A stretch of DNA of 64,000 nucleotides from Ranitomeya imitator. Taxonomy: Eukaryota. The notes below the pieces were generated by a model, which saw only the letters and a list, made by a program, of their open reading frames with translations, did no database searches and had not been told where the DNA came from. Within the stretch, counting starts at the first letter, position 1, and the number at the start of each line of letters is the position of its first letter. The stretch spans positions 155,124,001-155,188,000 of the forward strand of contig NC_091289.1 of assembly GCF_032444005.1 (NCBI RefSeq). Reading direction: 5' to 3'. Positions 1-12,845 of this stretch are shown in pieces. The translations under genes were made by a program, and so were the position numbers.

Positions 1-845
1 TGAGAGCTCTGAGAAGATACGTTTCCCGGACCGCTTCTTTTCGAAAGGCGGATGTTCTGTTCGTTCTTCCTGCGGGTCATAAAAAGGGACTCGCAGCCTC
101 TAGATCGACCTTAGCCAGATGGATAAGAACCACTATTCAGGAGGCCTACCGTATCAAGGGTGCAGCCATCCCGGCTGGTATCAGGGCACACTCTACTCGG
201 GCGGTAGGGGCTTCCCTGGGCGCTTCGGCACCAAGCTTCAGCAGAGCAGGTTTGCAAAGCGGCCACTTGGTCCAGCCTGCACACTTTCTCTAAACATTAT
301 AATATCCACACTCAGGCCTCTGCTGATGCAAGTCTGGGAAGGAAAATTCTTCAGGCTGCGGTATCACACCTATAGGCATTAAGTGCCTAGGGGTTTTTTT
401 TCCAGTGAGTCTTCTTCCCACCCTGGGACTGCTTTGGGACATCCCACAGTCCTGTGTCCCCCAATGAGACGATGGAGAAACAGGGATTTTTGTGTTACTC
501 ACCGTAAAATCCTTTCTCCGAGTCGTTCATTGGGGGACACCGCTCCCTCCCTATTCTTGTTGTTTGGTCTATGGAGTTGTTCAGACTGTAGTATTATTCT
601 AGTCATGTTGACTTTGTTCTAATGCTGTTTTGTTTTCTCTATCTCCTACTGCTTGTGCACCAAACTGGAGCTGTCAGGGCCAGTGTCAAGGTGTATACTA
701 TGGAGGAGGAGCTAAATTTTTTTTTTTACCTACTTAGTGTCAGCCTCCTGGCGGCAATAGCATACACCCACAGTCCTGTGTCCCCCAATGAACGACTCGG
801 AGAAAAGGATTTTACGGTGAGTAACACAAAAATCCCTGTTTTTTT
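1..845 (+). mobile_element. 3' end of a DIRS1-like retrotransposon with internal complementary region (ICR) and right terminal repeat
   Basis: 481-540 is the reverse complement of the terminal ~781-840. CCCACAGTCCTGTGTCCCCCAATGA occurs at 443 and 767. It follows the YR ORF, which is DIRS architecture. Confidence 0.85.
3..375 (+). pseudogene. DIRS-type tyrosine recombinase, C-terminal fragment (one frameshift)
   Basis: Frame 3 reads RALRRYVSRTASFRKADVLFVLPAGHKKGLAASRSTLARWIRTTIQEAYRIKGAAIPAGIRAHSTRAVGAS. After an extra C at 214-216 it continues WALRHQASAEQVCKAATWSSLHTFSKHY. The HSTR, W and HY motifs match YR box II. Confidence 0.85.
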
Positions 846-1319
846 TGTAATCTAGATTGAGATGTGAAAGAAAAAAAAAACCTTGTGAAAAATGTTTGTG
901 AGCTGATCTTTCTCCTTAAATATGACTGTGCATGCAGCTGCTATGGCTGTGTGGGCACTGTATACAGACTATAGCTGGAAGGTGTGTGTGCATAGGAGTG
1001 ATAAGTTTTATTAGATGCAGGGTTAATCACAGATCACTGCATAATCAGCTCTTGTCCTGTGAATAATTCATTATTACTCTTAGATTGGGCAAAACACAAG
1101 TGTATAATCATTAAAAATTGGCTCCTGTGTATATTTTGCTGTTACGTACATGTTATGGCGCCCCCTGCTGTTCTTCTATAGGTAATGTCACATACTCTGC
1201 AGCTCAGGTCCACCGTGCGGCTCAGCTTGTACATGGGGCGTCCAGAGTTCGGTTCAGATACCAGATCCTGAACCAGAACCCGAACTTTTAAGTTTGGGTT
1301 CCCTCGTCTCTAGTTATAA

Positions 1320-2012
1320 TGTCATCCGTGACGGAACTGAGTGTCTGGCCTGCACGGGATAATTCCTCTGTTAGTCACGCTAAAGCTGTGTGATCATCTT
1401 AATTGTCTGTTGCCAAATGGTATCTCCGAGAGATTTATGTGTACACGGAGAAAGACTACTAGTGATTGACCACACAGTCAGGAGCAGAAAATCTGCTTTA
1501 TTGAACAAACGGTACATCCTTATATAGGTTGTCACTTCTCATATTGATCCTTGGTAAAACCTTCTGATTTCCCCTCCCCCAGGAGGACTTTAATCAGCAT
1601 TCATTCGCTTTTATGATTCTGATTTCTCCTAATCATTACTTCATTCTTTATTAATAAAAAGTGGACACGCTATCGTATCAAAGTCCACATAAGTGTTCTA
1701 AAACTTGCTGACGGGTATGACTTCTAGCACGTAGACACATAACCAGTCTCTTTGGTTCATAGTGTTCTTATAAGCGTCCATTTTGTATATATTCATTCAT
1801 TTTCGATATCATTAAATGAATCGCCTCTATAGTATGCAGCGCGCGGGCTCAATAGTAAGTCTCTGGGTCGGTGCACGTCATCTCACAGGGCAGTGAAGGG
1901 TCCCATAGACTTACAGCAATGTGCGGACTCAATAGTATGTGGGTGCGCCATACGAGAGCTGTGCAGTCAGTACCCAGACCAAATATAATGTATTACCAAA
2001 AAATGTCTGACA
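1320..2012 (-). mobile_element. Possible solo LTR
   Basis: TG...CA ends; reverse-strand polyA (TTTATT) and TATA-like signals near 1497-1526. No TSD found. Confidence 0.3.
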
Positions 2013-2537
2013 GTCACACTTAAAGCTGTGATTGCACTGGACGCTCACTTTCTGATAATGTTGCTGTGTAAACAGGCTGCTGATCACTCGATCAATGAGC
2101 AAAACGCTCGTCTATCATGTGGAATGTGCTATTGTGCTGCACAAAAGATCATCGCTCTCGGCAGCACACAATCCTGTGTAAACAGGCCTTGTGCTGTAGA
2201 GAACATGGCAGCCTACACGCACTGAGCGATTATTGCAGATTGTTTGGTGCAATTAGGCTATAGAACGACCGCCAATCAGATAATATTTCCCGATTGGAAG
2301 TAGCTTAGTGCCGCCGGCCGGTTCTTGTAAGCGGACATGTTGTCTGGCAGATTATTGACTGATGTGTAATAAGTTTGCAACAGAAATGAGTTGAGTTAAT
2401 TTCCACAAATTTTCCTTAGAACATTGCGGGGTCCGTGGACCTCCAATGAGTCTGAATAGGGATAACGCAGCTCTGCGGATTTAGGAACCAACTTGCTCCA
2501 TGACTGATTTGTAATCCTGTTGTGTCGCCCGTCATAG

Positions 2538-2629
2538 ATTCACCGCCCGGATTACAGAACTCATGCAAGTGCTGAAGGACCTCAATCAGGGGAAATACGA
2601 GCGAACCATGGTTTCTCAACAGGAGAAAG
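2538..2629 (+). CDS. ABCD3: ABCD3 exon (~exon 14), [30 protein letters not shown]
   Basis: tag|ATTC...AAAG|gtgact; 92 nt. Confidence 0.95.
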
Positions 2630-5600
2630 GTGACTATATGAATGTGGTACTGGCAGCACTATCTCACATGTACACACGCGTGTATTACTACCAAATCTCC
2701 TCTGACATTGCAGAGACAGAAAATCTTCCCAGCGTTCCCCTGATACCTGGAAGTGGAACCGTTATCAACACTGACAACATCATAAAGTAAGTTTGGGAAT
2801 TCTCCTCTTATGAATCTGGCTTCGTAGTTACGGTTTTATTAGTGGTGTGGCGTGTTCATAGACCACATCGTAAGCCAAGGGTGGGAAAAGCCAAAATGTC
2901 ATAATCCGCACAGGAAAAGGCAGAGTGTTATTTTACTGGAAAAATCAAACTTTTTATTTTTTTTATTTTAGTGGTTTTGTAAAACGGAGCCGTCACCGCC
3001 CACCGCCATTGCAGAATAATTCTTGTTAACGTTACATCACCGCTATAGACTGTGTAGTGTCAGGCATTTTAATCATTTACATCCTTTCTTGGCACAGCTG
3101 GATTCATTTGGGAATTGCTGGAAGCAGAACGACATATTCCCATCAGCAGTATTAGTTAACTGGGTTCTCCAGTGAAATCACGTTTGTACCTGTCCACAGG
3201 AGATGTGATAATCGGTGGGGTCCGATCGCAGAACAGACCGGGCACTTTTAACCCTGTTACAATGAAGTCACAGTGCACATACTTGACCTCCGCTCCATTC
3301 GTTCACTATGGGACTGCTATGTGCTGTGATTGCCTTTTTTCGGCAGCCCCATACAGAATGAATGGAGCGGTGGTGAAATGTCTGATCTACTGCTCCATTT
3401 TGTAATAGATCTGCCAATTGGTGCAGGTCCCAATTGTGGGGCCCCCCACTGATCAGCTACGTATCACCTGTCGTGAGGATAGAGAACTAGGGATGAGTGG
3501 AGCGTAGATATTCGGGTTCGTGAGGTTTGACCGAACATTAGTCCAAAGTTCGGTTTGGGTTCTTCAACTGTACCCGAACTTGAACCCAAACCCCATTGGA
3601 GTCAATGTGGACCTGAACTTTTGGCTGTCCTATCTATCTTTCTCCCTATCTATCTGTCCTGTATCCTGCAGTTATCTATTTGCACTTCTTTTTTTTTTTT
3701 TTTGCGTTTTTTTAGGTTTGAACACGTCCCCCTTGCAACACCAAATGGAGATCTACTCATCCGAGACCTTACTTTTGAGGTAAATAAGGTTGAGTTTTTC
3801 TTCCCACTATATTGTTACTTGTACAGTGTAGCCATCTTATTAAAAATATTTTCTGTTGTATACGGAAATGATTTTAGGTTAAAAAAAATGCATTTTTTAA
3901 TAAAAGAATGAAATGTTGATAGTTTGATTGTATCGCTGAGGGTTTGTTGCTTTTCTTCCTGAGGCATTGACGCTCGCCGTGGTCATTTAAAGCTGTTGGC
4001 CTCTACTAGGACAACCTCTTCTTGATCAAAATGTTTGGCCCTATAGAATAATAAAGATAATACTAAACCTCATGTGTTGGCGCCATTGCTGCGGTGTCGG
4101 AACGCGCTCTCCCCGGGGCTCCCGTGCGGTTGTTGTGACACGTGACCCCGGACCCAATCAGCGCTGCTGTCACTTTCCCCGCCTTGGGACAAATCGAACA
4201 TGAAGAGGAAGTCCGGGCTGCAGCTGATCACGGACTTCTTCTTCATGATCAGTTCGACAGGAGGTGGGGACAGTGACGCCAGCACTGATTGGTCGGCAGC
4301 ATCATATGTCACAGCAACCACATGGGAGCCCCGGAAGAGCGAGTTCTGACACTGCAGGAATGGCGCCGGCACGGGAGAGGAGTATTACCGGTTTTCTATA
4401 ATAGAGCAGATGGCATAAGGCGCGCCGCACACCAAGTACTGCAAATGGTTTTTAATGGTTTGATCCTTCTGGACATTAAAACTGTCTGTTTCTAACATGT
4501 TACCCTTTCATGTCCATGCGATTTTCATTTCTGCACTTTCAATATTTCCTCCCTTTAGTCCAAGGGCCTTAACTTTTTTTATTGGTGTCCAAAACGCAGA
4601 CCTTCATGATGATCATGTCACTGATTCTCTCCTAGATTTATAATTGCATTTAAAGGGAACCTGTCACCAGCAAAAAACGCTATTACTAACCTGCCCGGCA
4701 CCTGCACTTAGCCGAACGCTGCCGGGAGAAAATTATCATTATTCTCCCCTGGTTTCAGTTACAGGGACGGCGCCAGTTCAGTCACCACTCTGAATACAAA
4801 GTGGCAGCTGTAACCGAGTCACCGGCCCTGACTGACACTCCCTCTGCATTGGGGCCGGCTGTCAGTCGGGGCCGGTGGCTTTGTATTCAGAGTGGTGACT
4901 GAAACCAGGAGAGAATAAAGTTCATTTTCTCCCTGCAGCATTCAGCTAAGTGCAGGCGCTGAACAGCATAAGAACTCTGGTAACCTGCAGATTAACCCTG
5001 TACCTGCTGATTAATAGCATTTTTGCAGGTAACAGGTTGTGATGAAACTGCAGAGATCAGATATTGCTCTGGTAGCTGCTGTCAGAGGTGGCTGCTGGCT
5101 GTATTACACAGCTGGCACCCGTTTTGTGTGGAGGGGGCTTGGCACATGGAGTGGGTTCTGGAGCCATCACCAAACATGGGGTGTAATAGTACATCCTACG
5201 TCTGCCAGAGGTTAAGATCCTTTACCCGTTATAGATGGCCACACTTGCCAACCATCTAAGGTGTTCATTGGCCTCCTGACTCCTTCAACAGAATTTTTCA
5301 GGGAAGGAAAGGATTAGGCCTGTTACCTTAGAAAGCCCAATGCCACCAAAGGTGTCCTGCGTCTTACTCCACTCTCCCCATTGAAGATACGTGTATGCTG
5401 GGCTGAGCCCAGTGTATATGCAGGAAAGTAGAGAGAACCTGTATGTCGGCTGTCCTGGCACCTTCTCCATTTCTTTCTTCTCTGCAGGCTTTTTTGTATC
5501 ATGTTATGTGTTGACTTTCTTAGCTTTTGTGTTGGCAGTTTTAATATAATATAATTATTGGTATTTGGTTACATGAAAAAGGTTGAATTTCACACATTCC

Positions 5601-8600
5601 TCTGTGTAGGTGAGGTCTGGCACCAATGTTCTTGTCTGTGGGCCAAATGGATGCGGGAAGAGTTCCCTGTTCCGTGTATTGGGAGAGGTAAGTGTCCATC
5701 TAACTGAGGTTGTAGTTCCGTCTGGTTCTGGACGTGAATACAAGCTCACACACGTACGCTTCTTACATATTCTTAGTTTTAATAACGTTACTATTAGTAA
5801 TTTTAAAGGGAACTTGTCGCCTGGTTCATGTCGCCCAAACTGCTGGCAGCATGAACCTAGTTCTGGCTGCACTATTGGCCCGGTGTATTCTCTGAAATGC
5901 TTCCCTCGGATGAACCTTGGACATCCAGAAAAAATGGGACCACAACCGGCTTCTAATTGGCTGCAGGTCTCACGTGGCATAACAATGTTACTCAACATCC
6001 AGGGCTGGAGGGGCGCTAGTGCAGGAAGAGATCATGTCCTTTTTATAGGGGTGCCTAGGTAGTGTCTTCAGGTCCCTTTTTTTTGTTACCGGCCACTAGT
6101 TGGGCCCAACTTATCACAGGGATACTTTCTCAAGAATTACACACATTTATAAGCACTAATGGGGCTTTAACATAGTTTTTCTATGTGTTCTCATTTAAAA
6201 ATAAGTAGGAATCGGTAAAAAAATACAGAACATTATTTCTTGATTTTCTTTTTAGTTTTTTCAAATTGTGTTTCTTCTTTCTCTTTTAGTTATGGCCGCT
6301 TTTCGGTGGATCTCTTACAAAACCTGATCGGGGAAAACTATTTTATGTTCCTCAGGTAACGTTTTACTCACACGTACGATTTACTCCTTTGTGTGATAAT
6401 ATTTGGGCGAGACGAGTGGTGATTTTTATCTCCATAATTTCCATAACAGAGGCCATATATGACCCTTGGGACATTACGGGACCAAGTCATCTATCCAGAC
6501 ACCCAAGAAGATCAGAAACGCAGAGGCATATCTGATAAGGTAAGAAGAACTATTATTGCTGGTTTAGCTTTCTGAGCCCTCAAATTTTTTTCTTTTTTTT
6601 ATTACGCTACAACCTTAGTTTTAGCTAAATTATTTTCTTTGTTTACAACTGAACGCAGGTCCTGAAAGAATACCTGGACAATGTCCAGTTAGGGCAGATT
6701 CTGGACCGTGAGGGCGGCTGGGACAGTGTCCAGGACTGGATGGATGTTCTCAGTGGAGGAGAGAAGCAAAGGATGGCGGTATGTAATAAATGATGGGTGC
6801 TTGCCATGGGTTTTATTTTAAATGGCCACCTTAAAGGTGATCATAGACTACATTCCAGTCTGGGATCAGCTACTGCATTTCACGGATGCCTCTGACCTTC
6901 AGAGGAAATTATGGAGTTGGTCAAACAAAATCATTAGATTGTCATTGGAGAGGTGGCCATATTAATTTTGTATTAGTTGGGCGGATGTACAATTAAATAC
7001 GGTATGTATTGATCACCTACCTAGATATAAATACCACTGATGCATATCACACAAGAATCTCAAATAGGGATACGCCCTAGGAATGGACATCAGTAACAGG
7101 GAAAAACTCCACTACCAGATATCCCACAACTGAAAGGAGTAGAAACAACCCAAAAAGCATATAAAATGCAAAGAGTAACACATTTTATTAAATATATACC
7201 AATACAGATAGATAAACATAACATAGACAAGGTACACGCAGAGCTTATGTACGTAGGACCGACGACACTAAAGATTCCACCTGGGTAAGTAGATCTAACC
7301 GAGGCCTATCACCTCTGAATACTAAACAGGGACGATCATTCTGTCATCTGAAAGTGCATAGTGCCTAGCTCAATAATACTAGTATAAGGTGCAACTCTAC
7401 AATCTGCCCAAGTGGGCACAGAAACAATCACCCATGTCTATCTTAGGCTACGTTCACATTTGCGGCTTTGGACGCAGCGGCGTCGCCGCAAAACAACGCA
7501 CGCGTCATGCTTCCCTATCTTTAACATTGGGGACGCATGTGCGTTCGTTTTCATGCGTTTCGGTGCGTTTTGCGACGCATGCTTTCTTTCGACGCACTTG
7601 GCAGTGCGTTGCAAATGCAACATGTTGCATTTTTTCTGCGTCCAAAATTTTTAAAAAACGCTTGCGTCGCACTTGCGTTGTATTTGCGTCGTCGAAACTT
7701 CAAAACCTCCATTGAAGTGTATTGGCAACGCAGAAGACGCAAGTACTTGCGTTGTTGTGCGTTGTAGGACGCATGCGTTCTTTACTTTAAAAATAGAGAC
7801 ACTGAAAATACCCTATATTATTAAAAAAGGGTTGAACGCATGCGTCAAAAATGCATGCGTTCTACTTGCATCTTTCGTGCGTCATGCGTTGCGTCCACGA
7901 CGCTGCGTCCAAAGCCTCAAATGTGAACGTAGCCTTACCCATGAATAGGTGCCAGTGTCCGTCCAGCTAGCACCTATTCATGGGTAAGATAGACATGGGT
8001 GATTGATTGTTTCTGTGCCCACTTGGGCCGATTGTAAAGTTGCACCTTATACTAGTATTATTGAGCTAGGCACTATGCACTTTCAGATGACAGAATGATC
8101 GTCCCTGTTTAGTATTCAGAGGTGATAGGCCTCGGTTAGATCTACTTACCCAGGTGGAATCTTTAGTGTCGTCGGTCCTACGTACATAAGCTCTGCGTGT
8201 ACCTTGTCTATGTTATGTTTATCTATCTGTATTGGTATATATTTAATAAAATTTGTTAGTCTTTGCATTTTATATGCTTTTTGAATTGATCACCTACCTA
8301 GTAGCGATGAGCGAGCATGCTCGGATAATGTGTTATCCGTTCATGCTCGTGTGCAGAGTTTCTTTGGCATGCTCAAAAAATGTGTCCGAGTCCCCGCACC
8401 CGCATGTCTCTCGGCTGTTAACCACAACACATGAAGGGATTCCCTGTTTGTTAGACAAACCCTTCATGTGTTGCAGCTGTTGAACAGCCGGAAGACATGG
8501 AGCCGTGGGACTGAGAACATATTTTTCGAGCATGCCGAAGACTCTCAGCACCTCTGATAACACCTTATCCCAGCACGTTCGCTCATCACTAATAACTAGT

Positions 8601-11600
8601 AAATAATTGCTCGTCTTCTTAATCAGTGCGACCAAAGATGTACACAAGATCATTCTGACCTTGCAACGATATCTAATTGAACAGGAACCTAAGTAAAGCT
8701 ATAAACGCTCGTCCCCTTGAACGCGGATATTCGGAATATTCCATCACTGCCAGTCCAGGTGTCCAAGTCCTGTTTCCATTGCTTGTGTGAAAAAAGGACA
8801 TGTTCAGATCTAAAGCTTTTACTATATTAATCACATTGTCCTTTCAGATGGCTCGGTTATTTTACCACAAACCTCAGTTTGCCATATTGGATGAGTGCAC
8901 GAGCGCGGTCAGCGTGGATGTCGAAGGTTACATTTACAGCCACTGTAGGAAGGTGAGTGACCGTAGAGAGACAGGGATATTCTGATGGGGCCATTCATTC
9001 CTGAACCACAGTGTGTATATCACATTGGCAGAGGAGGAACATTCGCACCACATCGTCCATTTCATTGCTGTGCGTTTCATCTTCGCTACCATGTGCTTTT
9101 ACCGCCGCTGTGAACTTGGGACATGAGCCGCCGTTCTTGTCATGGTCGCGTATGAGCACCAATCTAACCAAACTAATCTAATGTCATATATAGTGCTGAG
9201 CGAGTGTATTCGTTGCTCGGGTTTTCCAGAGCACGCCCGGGTGACCTCCGAGTATTTATGACTGCTCGGAGATTTAGTTTTCATCACCGCAGCTGAATGA
9301 TTTACATCTGTTAGCCAGGCTGAGTACATGTGGGGGTTGCCTGGTTGCTAGGGAATCCCCACATATAATCAAGCTGGCTAGTAGCCGCAAATCATTCAGC
9401 TGCGGTGATGAAAACTAAATCTCTGAGCAGTCATAAATAGTCGGAGGTCACCTGAGCGTGCTCAGGAAAACCCGAGCAACGAGTACACTCGCTCATCACT
9501 AGTCATATATCATCAGCTTAATTAAAGGAAATATGTAGCTTGGTTTCAGAAGACCCTTTTTGAGGAGTATTTCTGAAATTTATTTCTACCCTGCAGTCAT
9601 CCCGACTGATAATACCTGTATATAGACATAATGTAGTGTAGTATCCACCTGATTTTAATGTTCCACACTGAACAAGTAAGGAGGAATTATATTGTAGCTC
9701 ATATACTAATACCAAATAAAGAGGATCGACCTATAATTAAGGTACTAAATAAGAGTCACTCATTGGTATTATAATATGTAACTCCTAATTTACCTCTTGG
9801 GGGGCTTTCACATTACGTTCTGGCATCTGTTCGGCGACCCCGTCAGGGCATCCGACCGATTCTCCCGGAAAACAGGATTCGTATGTATGCTCTAACAGGG
9901 GCCATTGGCTATAATGGTGTTGACATAGTGAACGTGCGCTCTGAAGTGCATCATTTTCGGGCGTATACGTCCACTGGAGGCTTACGCTGTCTGAGTAAAT
10001 GCCGAAAAACGATGCGTGTCAGAGCCCACATTCACGCTTTCAACACCATCGTAGCCTATGGCCTCTGTTGGCGCCTACATCCGAATCCAGTTTTGAGGGG
10101 GGATTGGACATAAGCCACAACGGGGCCGCTGAATGGGTGCCTGAATGTAGTGTCACCCTTCTTCTAATACTTAATATAGAGGAACTCTAATTTTACCCTT
10201 TATTTTACCACCATTATAAGCAATTTTCGGGTATTATCCTGTAGTTGGGAGATGTTCTGCACATGGATTTCCATCTCGTCATTAGTAATTTTTTGGCCAC
10301 TATCTTTGTGTTGAAATTTCTAGTTTGCAATAAACAAGCCTTATTTCTTCCTAGGTTGGAATCACCCTTTTCACTGTGTCACACAGAAAGTCCCTGTGGA
10401 AACACCATGAGGTAAGAGCGAGTCATAATAATTGGTGCAGTGTCAATGCTATTCATCCGTGATATCTGACCACATAAAACATGGTATGAATCTAGCAGAA
10501 TGTACAATCCTCATCTAGTCCTCCATTCTAGGAAAGCAGGTGAAGTATTAGTCCTTGAGCCTCCTTGTTATCGGCAGACCCTCAGTAAATGTACCATTGG
10601 CACTGATTGGCTGTTTTCATTAGAGGGGGTGAACCCCTGATATGTGGCACCTATATAACATACTTGTATAGCCATTTATCTGAGCACCCAGCTCTGTATT
10701 TGCTTTCACAAGGTAGTGATAATCTCCTGCTGATAAAACACTGACTTAATTGAATCAGCAAAACAAAGCCCAGTTAGTGACATCTCTGGCGTTAGAGTTT
10801 CTGCTTCTGCATCATGTTCATATCCACTTTTTGGTCTATAGGGCTGTTCACATCCACTTTTTTTTTCCTTTTTCATATCTCTGCGGACCGCACAAATCTT
10901 ATGGTACCGTCACACTTAGCGACGCTGCAGCGATACCGACAACGATCCGGATCGCTGCAGCGTCGCTGTTTGGTCGCTGGAGAGCTGTCACACAGACAGC
11001 TCTCCAGCGACAAACGATCCCGAGGTCCCCGGTAACCAGGGTAAACATCGGGTTACTAAGCGCAGGGCCGCGATTAGTAACCCGATGTTTACCCTGGTTA
11101 CCATCGTTAACGTAAAAAAAACAACCACTACATACTTACCTACCGCTGTCTGTCCCCGGCGCTCTGCTTCTCTGCTCTGGCTGTGAGCGCCGGGCAGCCG
11201 GAAAGCAGAGCGGTGACGTCACCGCTCTGCTTTGCGGCCGCTGTGCTCACAGCCAGAGCAGAGAAGCAGAGCGCCGGGGACAGACAGCGGTAGGTAAGTA
11301 TGTAGTGGTTGTTTTTTTTTACTTTACCGATGGTAACCAGGGTAAACATCGGGTTACTAAGCGCGGCCCTGCGCTTAGTAACCCGATGTTTACCCTGGTT
11401 ACCAGCGAAGACATCGCTGAATCGGTGTCACACACGCCGATTCAGCGATGTCAGCGGGAGATCCAGCGACGAAATAAAGTTCTGGACTTTCTTCCCCGAC
11501 CAGCGACATCACAGCAGGGGCCTGATCGCTGCTGCCTGTCACACTGGACGATATCGCTATCCAGGACGCTGCAACGTCACGGATCGCTAGCGATATCGTC

Positions 11601-11987
11601 TAGTGTGACGGGGCCTTTAGTCTGAATGTTGGATCAAAATCGGCAATACGAGCCTTTTGGTCCATGAAAAAAATCGGACAAGTATCTGGTGTCAATTTTT
11701 CATGGACCGCTAGATAGGAGAAGTTGGAGAAACTTTTTTTTTGTCTACTTTGGTAAAAAAAAAAAACTAGGCAGTCTGTGGTCACTCTGATCAAAACCGT
11801 GATGAACCCAGTCTGAATGAGCCCTTACTATACATATTTTCGGCTGGTAATTTTCAGTGCCTAGTCATGATAAAGTAATGTGTTTGGGTATATTTTTTTC
11901 TCTCCGCAGTACTACCTTCACATGGACGGACGAGGCAACTACGATTTCAAGCCAATTACAGATGATACAATTGAGTTTGGATCCTAG
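2538..11987 (+). CDS. ABCD3: ABCD3/PMP70 peroxisomal ABC transporter, 3' ten coding exons (gene starts upstream of the window)
   Basis: Spliced translation from ...[30 protein letters not shown] to ...[25 protein letters not shown]. Contains Walker [10 protein letters not shown]-loop YVPQ, signature LSGGE, Walker B ILDE and H-loop SHR. Exon sizes 92/73/64/78/66/90/120/105/57/78 keep one frame and match my recollection of mammalian ABCD3 exons 14-23. Confidence 0.97.
2714..2786 (+). CDS. ABCD3: ABCD3 exon (~15), [25 protein letters not shown]
   Basis: ttgcag|AGAC...ATAAA|gtaagt; 73 nt. Confidence 0.93.
3716..3779 (+). CDS. ABCD3: ABCD3 exon (~16), [21 protein letters not shown]
   Basis: polypyrimidine tract-tag|GTTT...GAG|gtaaat; 64 nt. 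Confidence 0.96.
5610..5687 (+). CDS. ABCD3: ABCD3 exon (~17), [26 protein letters not shown] (Walker A)
   Basis: gtag|GTG...GAG|gtaagt; 78 nt. Confidence 0.97.
6290..6355 (+). CDS. ABCD3: ABCD3 exon (~18), [22 protein letters not shown]
   Basis: ttttag|TTA...CAG|gtaacg; 66 nt. Confidence 0.97.
6450..6539 (+). CDS. ABCD3: ABCD3 exon (~19), [30 protein letters not shown]
   Basis: aacag|AGG...AAG|gtaaga; 90 nt. Confidence 0.97.
6659..6778 (+). CDS. ABCD3: ABCD3 exon (~20), [40 protein letters not shown] (ABC signature)
   Basis: gcag|GTC...GCG|gtatgt; 120 nt. Confidence 0.97.
7025..8284. mobile_element. Palindromic (fold-back) non-autonomous insertion, Penelope-like architecture
   Basis: 17-bp TSD ATTGATCACCTACCTAG at 7008-7024 and 8285-8301. 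Arms of ~310 nt (7151-7445 plus 7938-7952 versus 7970-8283) with a 17-nt loop. Confidence 0.8.
7446..7934. mobile_element. PIF/Harbinger MITE
   Basis: TIR GGCTACGTTCACATTTG, TTA TSD; nested in the palindromic insertion. Confidence 0.88.
8302..8591. mobile_element. hAT-type MITE (TAGTGATGAGCG family)
   Basis: Termini TAGCGATGAGCGA / TCGCTCATCACTA; same family as 9191, 12564 and 22243. Confidence 0.75.
8848..8952 (+). CDS. ABCD3: ABCD3 exon (~21), [35 protein letters not shown] (Walker B)
   Basis: tttcag|ATG...AAG|gtgagt; 105 nt. Confidence 0.97.
9191..9501. mobile_element. hAT-type MITE
   Basis: TIR TAGTG(A/C)TGAGCGAG; perfect 8-bp TSD GTCATATA. Confidence 0.88.
10355..10411 (+). CDS. ABCD3: ABCD3 exon (~22), [19 protein letters not shown]
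   Basis: cctag|GTT...GAG|gtaaga; 57 nt. Confidence 0.97.
10902..11616. mobile_element. PIF/Harbinger MITE (GGTACC(G/T)TCACAC family)
   Basis: TIRs, TTA TSD and internal inverted repeats; relatives at 25036 and 48782. Confidence 0.85.
11910..11987 (+). CDS. ABCD3: ABCD3 last coding exon, [25 protein letters not shown]
   Basis: ccgcag|TAC...TAG; 78 nt. Confidence 0.97.
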   Translation, partial: YYLHMDGRGNYDFKPITDDTIEFGS

Positions 11988-12182
11988 AGCTCGTAATTCG
12001 GAGCCAACTCACGGAAAAGAAAACTGACCTAGTTTACTTTCTCTTAGCGATTATTCTTTTTTTTTTTGCCTAATTTTACGCAATTGAAGTCTAATACGTT
12101 AATGTAATTAACACTACTGTACAAAGGTACAATGAAGTCCTCCATGAGGTTCAAATCAGTGGATCCGAATAGTCTTTATAAA

Positions 12183-12188
12183 AATAAA
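12183..12188 (+). promoter_or_regulatory. Candidate proximal polyadenylation signal of ABCD3
   Basis: AATAAA about 195 nt after the stop codon. Confidence 0.45.
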
Positions 12189-12563
12189 TTACTCAGCCTT
12201 TCTCGGCCAGTGACACATGCGTCTGATTTCCAGAAAGGAGTGAGAAATCTGCCCCCTTAGTGGGGCATACGGTGGTCCTGCTCCTGCGCTTCCTCTCTAA
12301 GCGTTGACTGCACTGTGGCCTGGCACTGGAAGGGTTTCTTGTGATCGCAGTAAAACACGTTTAGCGTCCTTTTTTTTTTGTTTGTTTTTATTGTTTAAAA
12401 CTGATCTCAGGTTATATTTTGAGACAATGCAGATGATAAAAATGGACAACATGCACTTAATTATAGGATTTACTATATTTCTTGTTGTTATGATGCCAAA
12501 AAACACCAGATAGGGATTCCAGTGAGAAAACACTGAATGGCTCTTGCTTTGCCGGGTTGTAAC

Positions 12564-12845
12564 TAATGATGAGCGAGCGTCCTGGGATAAGGTGTTGGCA
12601 TGCTCGGGTGCGAACCGAGTATCTTCAGCGTGCTCGAAAAATATGTCTGCGTCCCTGCGGCGTTTCGAGAGCAGCAACACATGTAGGGATTGCCGAACAG
12701 ACCATTCCTATATGTGTTGCGGCTGTCGAACAGCTCAGAGACCTGCATCGGTGAGGACTCGGACATATTATTCGAGTAGGCCCAAGATGCTTGGTCAGCA
12801 CCCGAGCATGCTAACGCCTTATCCGAGCACGCTCGCGCATCACCA
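12564..12845. mobile_element. hAT-type MITE downstream of the ABCD3 stop
   Basis: Perfect 8-bp TSD GTTGTAAC; TIR TAATGATGAGCGAG / CTCGCGCATCACCA. Confidence 0.85.
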
